A stretch of DNA of 64,000 bases from NCBI RefSeq assembly GCF_001194135.2, contig NC_069003.1, positions 21,420,460-21,484,459 on the forward strand. Direction: 5' to 3'. Position numbers and translations under genes: made by a program. The notes beneath the pieces were generated by a model. That model was not told the origin of the DNA. It worked only from the letters and a program-made list of their open reading frames with translations, and made no database searches. Positions 39,889-51,131 of this stretch are shown piece by piece. The DNA is from Octopus bimaculoides (Eukaryota). Positions within the stretch are counted from its first letter, which is position 1; the number at the start of each line of letters is the position of its first letter.

Positions 39889-41199
39889 CTTCTATTGTTA
39901 CACCTCCTCTTAGTTCACTAATCTCATTCTTATCCTTCAGCTACCATCTTGCCTCAGTTTTTCCCTCTACCTCACTCTCACCAGTTTCTCTTCTTTCCAT
40001 TTCTCTTTCCTTCTCCCTCTCACACAGATTTTTCTCTCCTACTTCTTCCTGCCTACATATAAAGCTCTCAGTGTCTTGTGTTTTCCATCAGTTGCAGCCA
40101 GTTTCTCAAACAGAACATATAAAACCTTGCTTTCATTTTTTAATTTTTTTATTTCCCTTCTGTCATCTTAACCCTGAAGAAGGGATCTGTCCAAAATATC
40201 AGATACAACACACCCCATGGCAATTTCACTGTACTCTTTCTGTCACTTTTTCTATATACATATATATATACACCTGTTTGTTGTCTAGACACCTGCCTTC
40301 GTCTTTTGTTTTTTCTTTGTAAATTCCAACTATACACACACACACACACCATATTTGCTCATGTATAAATTGCACTATTTTGCATTTGATTTTAACTGAA
40401 ACATCTTGGACATGACATAACTGAGGCAAAGTTAAAACTAAGACGGGGAAAAGTTTTGTAACAAGATATAACAATCAGTGATGCAATTTATACATGAATA
40501 AATACAATATATATATATATGTATTTTAAATGGTTATTGTGACACTTCCTAGATGCAGTTGTCCCTCATCATTCTTGTGTTCTTTTGCTGGTTCACTCAT
40601 TGGATTAGAAAAATGAGACAGAGTGTTGTGTTCACAATAATACAGTCATGAAATTCAATTTCTGAAATTGGGCAGCATGTTATCTCCTTGAGCAAGGCAC
40701 TTCATTTGTTTTTGTTCCAAGCTACTCAGCAGCTGAACTGATTCCCACCTCTCTCCCTCTCTAGCTGTCACATCGCAAATGTTCAGCTGAGTCAATGTTA
40801 TCTATATCTGCTCACAACTACGTTGGTTCCTAATGCAATTTACAAAAGACATGGCACATGCTGCCAAGTCACACTCTCTCACAAGTGGCAGCTGTAGATT
40901 TCTTTTAGTATTTTTCTGTTTCAACATTTAGCAAAATGGTGGCAGTCACATTGTTTGGCTTAATGACTTTTTTGTTACGTGCTTCTCATTAATTTTTTCC
41001 TTAAAATCTCATAGATCTGCCAGTTTCTAACACTAATTATGTTTTGGAGACTTCTATTACGTAAAACATTTAATCACCAATAGTCACGTGCCACCAACAT
41101 ACTTCAAACTCTGGCTCACAGCTAATTTGTCACCTTACTCTACTTTTTCTACTTCTACTACAACGGTCTATGCTCCATGGGGTTGGTTAGTAACATACT

Positions 41200-41441
41200 T
41201 ATTTCTTTACTTCTTTATTGCCCACAAGAGGCTAAACATAGAGGGGACAAACAAGGACAGACAAAGGGATTAAGTCGATTACATCGACCCCAATGCGTAA
41301 CTGGTAATTTATTTATCGACCCTGAAAGGATGAAAGGCAAAGTCGACCTCGGCGGAATTTGAACTCAGAACGTAACGGCAGACGAAATACTGCTAAGCAT
41401 TTCGCCCGGCGTGCTAACGTTTCTGCCAGCTCACCGCCTTA
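41200..41441 (-). mobile_element. Young SINE family B (B1) with a 14-bp TSD
   Basis: GTTAGTAACATACT at 41186-41199 and 41442-41455; tRNA-like head GGCGGTGAGCTGGCAGAAACGTTAG...GAGTTCAAATTCC. Confidence 0.92.
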
Positions 41442-42081
41442 GTTAGTAACATACTACCATGCCACCACCTTCTCCAACTCCATCCAACACACTTCTTGTC
41501 TCCATTCATTTTTATCACCCCAACCCATACAGTATTTTGACCACTGTCATACCACCAAACTTGGTGTTTTCAGCTGATCTACATTAAAATCTTCCATCAA
41601 AATTTCATGTTAACTTATGTTCCAGAAACCAGCTTAATAATGACAGTTATTCTACCAAATTCTTCTTTATTTTTGAAATTAAACAAAAGAAAGCAGTGTA
41701 TTTTAGTAGAATTATGGTAACAAATGAGTTAAAATAATCTAAATTAAAACCTTCTTCTATCAAAGTTTCACATTAATTTATGTTCCAAACAACTGCTTAA
41801 TAATAATAGTAATGTTTTTGTTTTCTTTTTCTTTCTTTTGCTTGTTTCAGTCATTAGACTGCAGCCATGCTGGGGCACCACTTTCAGGGATTTTAGTCAA
41901 ACAAATCAAACTTGCAACTTATTTTTCTAAAGCCTAGTATTTATTCTATCAGTCTCTTTTACTGAACTGCTAAGTTATGGGTACATAAACACACCACCAC
42001 TGGTTGTTAAGTGGTAGTGGGGGACAAACACTGATGAAAACACACACATATATACACACAGATGGGCTTCTTTCAGTTTCT

Positions 42082-42294
42082 TATTTCTTTATTGCCAACA
42101 AGGGGCTAAACATAGTGGGCACAAACAAGGACAAAGGGATTAAGTCGATTGCATCAACCCCAGTGCATAACTGGTACTTAATTTATCGACCCTGAAAAGA
42201 TGAAAGGCAAAGTTGACCTCGGCAGAATTTGAACTCAGAACGTAACAGCAGACGAAATATTGCTAAGCATTTCGCCCGGCATGCTAATGTTTCT
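42082..42294 (-). mobile_element. 5'-truncated SINE B1 inserted in a SINE A (~41840-42440, minus strand)
   Basis: 16-bp TSD GCTTCTTTCAGTTTCT at 42066-42081 and 42295-42310, which is SINE A sequence. Confidence 0.9.
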
Positions 42295-42651
42295 GCTTCT
42301 TTCAGTTTCTGTCTATCAAATCCACTCACAAGGCTTTGGTCAACTTGAGGTTACAGCAGAAGACACTTGCCCAAGGTGTTACACAGTGGGACTGAACCTG
42401 GAACAATTTGGTTGGGAAGCAAGCTTCTCACCACAGCTGTACCTGCACTTACTAAATTCTTCATTATTTCCAAATTCAATTGAAGCAAAGGCAATATATT
42501 TCAACAGAAATATGGTAGCAAAAGGAGTTACAGAAAAACTTTCACTCTCAGAAATTTAAAAAAATAAAATCAGAGATGGGGGAGGAGAAAAGATTTTTTA
42601 AATGGGGGCGGGGGGTTTAAACTAAGAAATAACAAAGAATTGGTAATTTAC

Positions 42652-42753
42652 CTGTACTTGGAATATATGTTGAGTGTCATCAAGCATTTTAACTCGAAGG
42701 TTGATTAGTTTACCCTTACGAGGGGATTTTGGTGAAATAGTATCTGCTGCCAT
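42652..42753 (-). CDS. FARP: First coding exon of a FERM-domain protein, FARP/Cdep-like (MAADTISPKSPRKGKLINLRVKMLDDTQHIFQVQ)
   Basis: ATG at 42753-42751 in strong context (ACAATGG) with an in-frame TAA five codons upstream. 102 nt = 34 codons, ending CAG|GTAAAT (phase 0). LRVKMLDD..FQV matches the start of the FERM F1 lobe of FARP/Cdep proteins. Joins in frame to exon 11781-11885. Confidence 0.9.
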
Positions 42754-42973
42754 TGTAGAATCTGTTAATTACTCTTTTATCTCTTTCTTTCTTTCTATCC
42801 TTTTTGTTCTTGTTTTCTTTTCTTCTTCTTCAGTGAAATGACTTCTATTTTATTTTTTTTTTTTTTTTTTTTTTTGATAATTTATTTTCTTCCCCCTTTT
42901 CTTTCCAATTCCGTCTGGATAACTTTTACTAAGGAAATTTCATTTTCTTCTTTTTTTTAATACCTTGAGAGCC
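42754..42973 (-). other. FARP: 5' UTR part of the start-codon exon
   Basis: Strong acceptor (T-rich tract ...CCTTTTTGCAG, AG at 42975-42974) 220 nt upstream of the ATG. No pyrimidine tract lies nearer the ATG, which implies an upstream non-coding exon. Confidence 0.6.
42929..42943 (-). promoter_or_regulatory. uORF MKFP* in the predicted 5' UTR
   Basis: ATG AAA TTT CCT TAG on the minus strand, A at -3. Confidence 0.45.
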
Positions 42974-44785
42974 CTGCAAAAAGGAAAAAAAAAAAAATTA
43001 TTAGCAAAAGTAAAAAAAAAAATCTTAAAACAAAAATAAAAAACAAAAAAAATGAAACAGTTTCATAGACAGAAATGAAGTTCAACAATCCTATTGTTTC
43101 ATTGTTGTCATTTAATGTCTACTTTTCCATGTTTGCAGGGGTCAGACCAGATTTGCTGAGTCAGATTTTCTACAGCCAGATGCTCTTCCTCTCACCAACT
43201 CTTACCTGTTTCCAAGCAAGGTAGTATTTACCCATGGTAAGACAAGTTTTACATGGAAAACTAGAAATCAACATCCTCACTTGTATGACAGTGCTCATTG
43301 ACAACCATTACATGTCAAAAGAAGGGTGCACAGACTCATGCACACACACACGACAGGCTTCTTTCAGTTTCCATCTCTCAAACCCACTCGCATGGCTTTA
43401 GTCGGTTCAGGGCTACAGTAGAAGATACTTGACCAAGATGCTGCATAGCAGGACTCAAGCTAAGACATCACAGTTAGGAAGCAAGCTCTTTAACTATGCA
43501 ACCAGCCCGTGCTTATGCCATTTGTATTTCCTACGCTGCATTACTACCAATTTGAAAATGGTTTTGTGGCATCTTACCTCTGCCTTCCTCTGAGTGGATT
43601 TGGTAAACAGAAACTGAAAGAAGAGGCTTATCATGTATGTGTGAATTTATCTGAGTGTGTACATATACATAAATGTGTCTATATGTGTGTATGTGTATGT
43701 ATGCACATGTGCATGTCTCTGTGTTAGTTTACATTTATTGTTCTCCAAAAATTGCAAACTACAAGCAGTGTTGTTGTTGCCATTCCCCTGTCACCAAACA
43801 GCCTGCTGGAGTTGTGCCTTTAAAGATATGTGAAATAAGAGATTCCTTATTTGAAAAACATGTGTTAGCAACAGGAAGAGCATCTGGCTGTAAAACAATG
43901 CCTGAACGATATATTCATCTAATCTATGCAAGCTGGGGAAAAATGTATGTTAAATACGAGAGAATGAACATATGTATGTACATATTTATTTATTTATGGG
44001 TTTCAGCCAAGTGGCTGCAGTCATGCTGGAGTACCACACACAAAATAAAAATTGTGCCAGAAAAGTGTGACATACAACCAAAAGGTGGAGACACAGTAGG
44101 AATGTTCCATACACCACTTTTTTGTTTAGTATGGTTTGACAAACTATTATAACATGAGATAAGCTAGTGTGAAGAATCTGTACAGTCATACTGAAAAAGG
44201 GAACAGAGAAAGTCTAACTGGTATTTTATGCTTTATATAACGTACATGTTTCATTAAGCTGACTGCCATTATTACGTAATCCAGCTGGCCCCATCACATA
44301 ACACAATATAGTTTGTTCACTTCATCTGTATTATCAGCAAAAATACACACACACACACACACACATGAAATATTTGTTTTGCTTGGGCACAAGTTACCCC
44401 TTTATTAAAGTGTCAACTGAATCAGCAATAAATTTTTATTCTAAAATGCAGGTAAGAGATTCCCAATACTTAGCTTATGGTTAAAACAGTTTACAATGAA
44501 ATATTCTGCTGACCAAAAGCCCAATAAAAATGGATTTCAACTCACAAATGATGTGCAGGCAATATCAAGGCCTTAACCATGTAGCCACTATTAGCTTCAT
44601 GTCTACTATCAAGTAAATGTGCCCCTGAATATTTAGCTTTAACCCTTTCAATGGCATACATCTAATGAAATACACTACTTATGTGATACAGTTCTATATT
44701 TAAGAGATGAGGAATTATGTACATCATTTACACTATTTACATTATTTATATTTGACGGATATTTGTCCTCATCTTGTTTGTTGTT

Positions 44786-44831
44786 AACACAACGTTTCAG
44801 CTGATACACCCTCTAGCCTTCATCAGGTGGC
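44786..44831 (-). ncRNA. Minimal hammerhead motif, second (inverted) copy
   Basis: GCCAC-CUGAUGA-A-GGCU...AGCU-GAAA-CG-UU-GUGUU. Core intact, stems I and II weakened by substitutions. Confidence 0.6.
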
Positions 44832-45058
44832 TTGGGGAAATTTTGAACCTGGGTTCTCATTCCTAAGGTATTTTTTGATGTTATTATTATTATTATTAGT
44901 AAAGTCACTGCCTGGAATTGAACTCGGAATTTTGGGGTTAGGAGCACGGGCTACTGACCCCAAGATTCTGAGTTCGATTCCAGGTAGTGACCTTAATAAT
45001 AATAACAACATCAAAAAATACCTTAGGAATGAGCACCCAGGTTCAAAATTTCCCCCAA

Positions 45059-45104
45059 GACACCTGATGAAGGCTGGAGGGTATATCAGCCGAAACGTTG
45101 TGTT
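45059..45104 (+). ncRNA. Minimal type-I hammerhead ribozyme motif
   Basis: GACAC-CUGAUGA-A-GGCUG(10 nt)CAGCC-GAAA-CG-UU-GUGUU. 5-bp stem I, 5-bp stem II, intact core, palindromic ACGU in place of stem III. Predicted cleavage after 45099. Confidence 0.75.
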
Positions 45105-45917
45105 AACAACAAACAAGATGAGGACAAATATCCATCAAATATAAATAATGTAAATAGTGTAAATAATGTACTAGTTATGTGGTTCAATAATGTTTGAAAA
45201 TAACACATTAACTGCCACATGTATCACTGGTGGTACATTGCAAACTTCAAACAACTGCCATATACACCACCTGTGGTATATTTTTGTAATTTGAGAAAAT
45301 ATTTTATTCTGTATCTTTGACATGGTTTTGAGGATATCTGAATAATATGGAATAGTGAATATTAAAATCTAATTATGAAATATTGCAAAAATGCAAAATA
45401 ATTATATTTCCTTGTAATTAAACAGTATACCGTGTGACTGGGTGAAATATGTGGCGTCACTGTAAGTTCCAATAAAATGTTGTGGCAGTTGATGTGATAA
45501 AAATTAGAATTTAATAAAATAATTTTTTCCTTAATTGATATATTAAGTTAGTGTTTGAAACCTAACTTAATAAAAGATATATATATATATATAAAATTCC
45601 TGATTTATTATTTGTCCTCAATAGTTGAAGGTCGCTGTGTAGAAGTTACTCAAAGAATAGATAAGGTTAAAACTATGTTTATAAGAATGTGGCTCTTCCT
45701 CCTCCCCCTTTCACCTAGCACCAGTCTTGGGGGTTCTGAAAATGTCAGAGGCACTACCATTCTCCCTTTAACTGTCTAAAACCATTAAATCTTTCAATAC
45801 CAACTGGTTTGAATCCACCTCTAGACATAAGAAACAGAACCCCACTTTTTGATTTTTGAAATATTCATACTGAAATTAAAACCTTCACCTTAAAAGACCT
45901 AAAATTGAGGCTAATCA

Positions 45918-46270
45918 TGCTCTATAGAGCGAAAACTTGGACAATGTAGTGAACAAGGGAGAAGAAGATAGATGTATTCGAGAGGTGTATCTTTCATGGG
46001 TGGGGCAGAATAAGCTGGTAAAACAAAACCAAACAAAATAACAAATGCCACAATACTAGAAAAGCTGAAAGTCCAAAGATACCTACTGTCAAGAAACAAG
46101 TTCACAACGTTATATTTTGGACATATAAGGCACCATAGGTCATTGTCCAAGACCAGCCTGAGTGGAAACGAAGAAGGGAAGAGAGCAAGAGACTGTCAAG
46201 GACATTTGTGGAATGACGGCATCAAAAAATAGACCAAAAACAAGAACAGCATAACTCAGAGGGGAATGGA
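45918..46270 (+). mobile_element. RTE LINE ORF2 C-terminal remnant
   Basis: LYRAKTWT...KKIDVFE...RISW...TNATILEKLKV...LYFGHIRHH.SLSKT...EGKRAR, with stops. Confidence 0.75.
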
Positions 46271-47470
46271 GAGTTTGGACAAGAAGGGTAGTTGGTTGAT
46301 GGCAGATGATATAAAATTATGATGGAAGGTTTTAGTTTTAATATGAATATTTCAAAGACCAAAAAGGATGGGTTTGTTTCTTATGTCTAGAAGTAGATTC
46401 AAACAGTATTGAAAGGTTTAAATGGTTTTAGACAGTTAAAGGGGGAATGGTAGTGCCTCTGACATTTGCAGAGCCTCCAAGACTAATGCTAGGTGAAAGG
46501 GAGAGGAGAAATAACCATATTTCTGTGGTTGTTAGAAGTGGAAGTAATACATCGAGATATCAAGGAATCTATGAACAAAAGAGAAACCTGAAGCCCAATT
46601 CTTGTAACAAAGAAGGCTTTGCTAAAAGTAGTGGTGGTGGTGGTGGTGGTGGTGGTGGTAGTGATGATGGGAGAATGGTGATGATGGTGGTGACAGTAGT
46701 GGTGGTGGTGGTGATAGTTAACCCTGGTTAAGAATCAGATTTACCATTACCAATATATATATATATGTTATTGATCCCTGCAAGAATGATGAAGAATACA
46801 AAGTGACCTTCATCACAGCGGAATACTATCCCATAATGCTATTGATTCTCTCTGCATCTTGTCTGCCAGTAATCCATAAATAATCTTCCTCTACATCCTG
46901 ACCAACCAGACTAGCATTAGAAACAGTCTTGATAATGACTTTTTATTAATTATATTTACCAATAACTCGTTATCTACAAGATTGCATTACAACACAAATA
47001 ACAGCAAGCACAAGTCAACCAAAGAGCTTCTACACGCACCCTTGATTTGCTAGAAATAGCAATCATATGCTCGAAAAATCATATCTATTATCCTAAAAGA
47101 AAAAGACAAATCCTCTCTGGAAAGACAGGAGGGTCATGGTTAGAATGTCTTTGATTATAAATTTGCTCAGCCAGGGTGGATCTTTGGTTGAACATACAGC
47201 ACGAGTTAACCAAAATCTGCCTTAAACAAGATTCCTGTTGTCTTATAGCAAAAAAAGATGAGCACATTAGTTAAAATAGTCCTAGATATATTTAAGCGGA
47301 TGGCATGGATGGTTATGATAGGAATACCTTCAGTCATGGTTGACCCAGGGTTAAACATTAACATCATCAACCTCAACAAGAGTAAAAACAGAATTCCAAG
47401 CAGGAAAATCACACCAACATTTTTACAGCTTAGGTTTGCTATTTCCATACTGGGGTACATGCACATACAG

Positions 47471-47504
<34 letters not shown>

Positions 47505-47574
47505 ATATATATATATACACATACATACATACATATATATATAAATGCACATTATATATATATAGATATATATA

Positions 47575-47930
47575 TGTGATGGCACCTGTGCCCAGCGTCG
47601 CCTTTCTGGCACTTGTGCCCGTGGCATGTGTAAGGACCTTCAAGTGAGATCGTTGCCAGTGCCCCTGGACTGGCTCTTGTGCGGGTGGCACATAAAATAC
47701 ACCATTTTGAGCATGGCCGGTGCCAGTACTGCCTGACTGCCCTTCGTGCCAGTGGCACATAAAAGCACCCACTATACTCTCTGAGTGGTTGGCGTTAGGA
47801 AGGGCATCCAGCTGTAGAAACTCTGCCAGTTCAGATTGGAGCCTGGTGTAGCCATCCGGTTCACCAGTCCTCAGTCAAATCGTCCAACCCATGCTAGCAT
47901 GGAAAGCGGACGTTAAATGATGATGATGAT
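47575..47930 (+). mobile_element. RTE LINE 3' UTR with internal ~60-bp repeats and (GAT)n tail
   Basis: Same terminal ~200 bp as the 21952 copy. Confidence 0.85.
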
Positions 47931-48015
47931 ATATATATGTATGTATGTATTTATATATATATACATATATACATACACACACAATCATATACATGCATGT
48001 GCACACACTCATGTA

Positions 48016-48238
48016 TAAGGGGGTGCTGAAAAGTTCCTGGCTTTAAGGGTATCATGAAAGGCCTGGTTGGAGGCCCAACCTTCCAAGTTCTTTTACAAGG
48101 CTTAGAAAAACTGAAGGATCATTGCTATAACTGTATGAACCAGAGAGGGGAATATATTCAATAAAATCATAATTAACTGTATTTTCCTCCTGTATTTTCT
48201 TTTACCCAAAGCTCGGAACTTTTCAGCACTCACTTGCA
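48016..48238. mobile_element. Mariner-derived MITE
   Basis: TA-flanked termini GGGGGTGCTGAAAAGTTCCTGGCTTT / AAAGCTCGGAACTTTTCAGCACTCAC. The interior retains a transposase C-terminus remnant (LEKLKDHCYNCMNQRGEY). Confidence 0.8.
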
Positions 48239-48689
48239 TATACACAAACACACACACAAATTCACACAAACACACATAAATGTGCTTTCAGATCTGTTTC
48301 TCTCACTCTCTTCCCCACCAGACACACACACAAACACACACACATACACCCTGCAGCACGTGAGCCAAGTGTAATAGAGAAGGTATCAAAATCTGATATT
48401 AAAGATAGAATAAAGTATGGGAATGCAGGCTTGAGTAAGGATTAGGGAAGAACAAGGTGGAGGAGGGCATGAAGAAAAGAGAGTGATAGTATATGAGAGA
48501 GGGAACAAACGAGAGTGTGAGAGACAGGTGTGTGAGAGTGCATATGTGTGCGAGTGGGGCAAAGAATAGACATTGTAACAAAAGACAACCAACCTACCAA
48601 CCAACCAGCCAGCCAACAATCAGCTCTAGATTTAGGTTAAATTCATGTATCTATCCTGAGACACACATAGACCCACACACATACACGCA

Positions 48690-49344
48690 TGTATGTTTTG
48701 GTCACCCCCAAGGCTATAGTAGAAGTCACTTGCCCATAGTGGCATGTAGCAGGAGTGAACCCAGAACCATGTGGTTGGGAAGCAAGTTCTTTACTTGCCT
48801 GGAAAACTAATAGGGTTTTTTTTCTATTTTTTTATTCTTTTTTTTTTTTCAAATACAGACACACACACGCACGCACACACACACACACACACACAGCATG
48901 GTTGTGTGGTTAAGAAACTCCTTTTGAAACACAAGGTTCCATGTTTGGTCCCTGCTATGTAGCACTTTTGGGTCAACGTCTTCTGTTATAGCCTCAGGCT
49001 GACCAATGCCTTGTGTGTGAATTTGGAAGATGGAAACTGTGTGGAAGCCTGTTGTGTATGTATGTGTGTGCCTATGTGTATGTCTTTCTGTTTTGCCACC
49101 CTCCCCCAACCACGTGACCACCAGTTCTCTTTTGTTTACATCCTTCAAAATTGGGGGTTTCAGTAAAAAGAGACAAAAAGAACAAGTAGCAGACTAACAA
49201 AGTAAGTACTGGGTGCTTCCCAACCATATGATTCTGGGTTCAATCCCACTGCATGGCATCTTGGGTGTCTTCTACTATAGCCTTGGGTTGACCAAAGTCT
49301 TGTGAATAGATTTGATAGATGGAAACTGAAAGAAGCATATTGTG

Positions 49345-49398
<54 letters not shown>

Positions 49399-50013
49399 AA
49401 AACAAACTAACATCTGTTTTTCTATAAGTGTCACAATGTGTATTGTATGATACAAATAAGATGGTAAAACTTGTCAACAACCAGCCGTGTGTGTGTGTGT
49501 GTGTGTACCTCACTACCATTTAACAACCAGCGTTGGTGTGTATGTCCCTATAACTTANNNNNNNNNNTTAACAACCAGCGTTGGTGTGTATGTCCCTATA
49601 ACTTAGTTCGGCAAAAGGGACCAATAGAATAAGTATGAGGCTTAAAAGAAAAAAAAAAGGACTAGGATTGATTCATTTGACTAAAATTTCTTCAAGGTGA
49701 TGCTCCAGCATGGTCACAGCCGAATGACTTAAACATTTAAAAAAAGAAGATAAAAGCAGAGCCCCAACACCCATACACATAGAGGATGGGCTTCCACACA
49801 GTTTCCATTTACCAAACTCACTCACAAGGCATCGGTTGGCTCAGAGTTATAAGACATCTGCTCAAAGTGCTATTTACTGGAACTGAACCCAGAACCATAG
49901 GATTGCAAAAGAAGCTTCTTAACCACACGACCATGCCTGGGTTTCATTTTTGTTAGGTCCTTTTTTTTCTTTTGCTCTTGATGATTTGGCTCAACTTGTA
50001 AAGGTATATGTAA

Positions 50014-50061
<48 letters not shown>

Positions 50062-50784
50062 GCATATTCAAGGCTCTGATGAAGCTATGAGGTGTTACTC
50101 AGGCACTCAACTATGAGTTCACTGCATCTCGTCACAGAAACAGCTGTAAGCTAATGAACTTCAAAAGATAATCGTTTATTCCTTTGTCATCTCATTTTTT
50201 TGCATACATACATATATATCTGTGGTGATGGCACATGGCTGAGTGGTTAGGGTGTTGCACTCATGATCACAAGATCATGCTTTCAATTTCTGGACTGGGT
50301 GGTGCATTGTGTTCTTGAGCAAAACACTTCATTTCCCGTTGCTCTGCAATCACTCCAACACCTGTTGTGTGGCACACCACGCACCTGTTCAGGTAACATT
50401 GATTTGATGGAGAGAATGAGCTGATGTATAGCGTTTTACATTTTTTACTGGTTTCAGTCATTAGACTGTGGCCATGCTGGGGCATCCCCTTAAAGCAATT
50501 TTAGTCAAACAAATTGACCCCTGTACTTATTTTCTTTAAGCCTGGTATTTATTCTATAAGACCCTTTTACCTAACCGTAAAGTTGTCAAGTAATGGTAGG
50601 GGACAAACAGACACAAAAGCGCACACACACACACGATAGGTTTCCTTCAGTTTCTATCAACCAAATCCACTCCAAGGCCTTGATTGACCCGAGGCTCTAG
50701 TAGAAGACACTTTCCCACACAATGGGACTGAACCTGGAGCCATGAAGCTGGGAAACAAGCTTCTTACCACACAGCCACTTCTAC

Positions 50785-50869
<85 letters not shown>

Positions 50870-51044
50870 ATTAAGGGATCAGCAAATATTTGCTGATCCC
50901 TTAATTATGTTTATAAATATATATGAGCTTTTAAATAAGTTCTCCACCAATAATGGTGCTTTCATACCGATGGGCTTGGTAAAAATTATTAATTGTTAAT
51001 TGATTTATTAATTAATAAATTGATAATCTTTTACCCTTTTAATT

Positions 51045-51131
<87 letters not shown>

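Larger units (their letters stand above)
44686..45169. mobile_element. Palindromic (head-to-head) dimer of a tRNA-headed, hammerhead-bearing Penelope-like unit
   Basis: Arms 44719-44940 and 44955-45171 are near-perfect reverse complements with a 14-nt loop. Flanked by ACTACTTATGTG (44674-44685) and ACTAGTTATGTG (45170-45181). Sits in a TTAA-MITE body. Confidence 0.8.

Noticed and set aside
42762-42764. CAG eight bases before the ATG as the exon acceptor
   Set aside because: Preceded by a purine-rich tract; the acceptor at 42975-42974 has a strong pyrimidine tract.
49520-49605. 38-bp direct repeat around a 10-N gap
   Set aside because: Unmerged contig overlap within a SINE A body.
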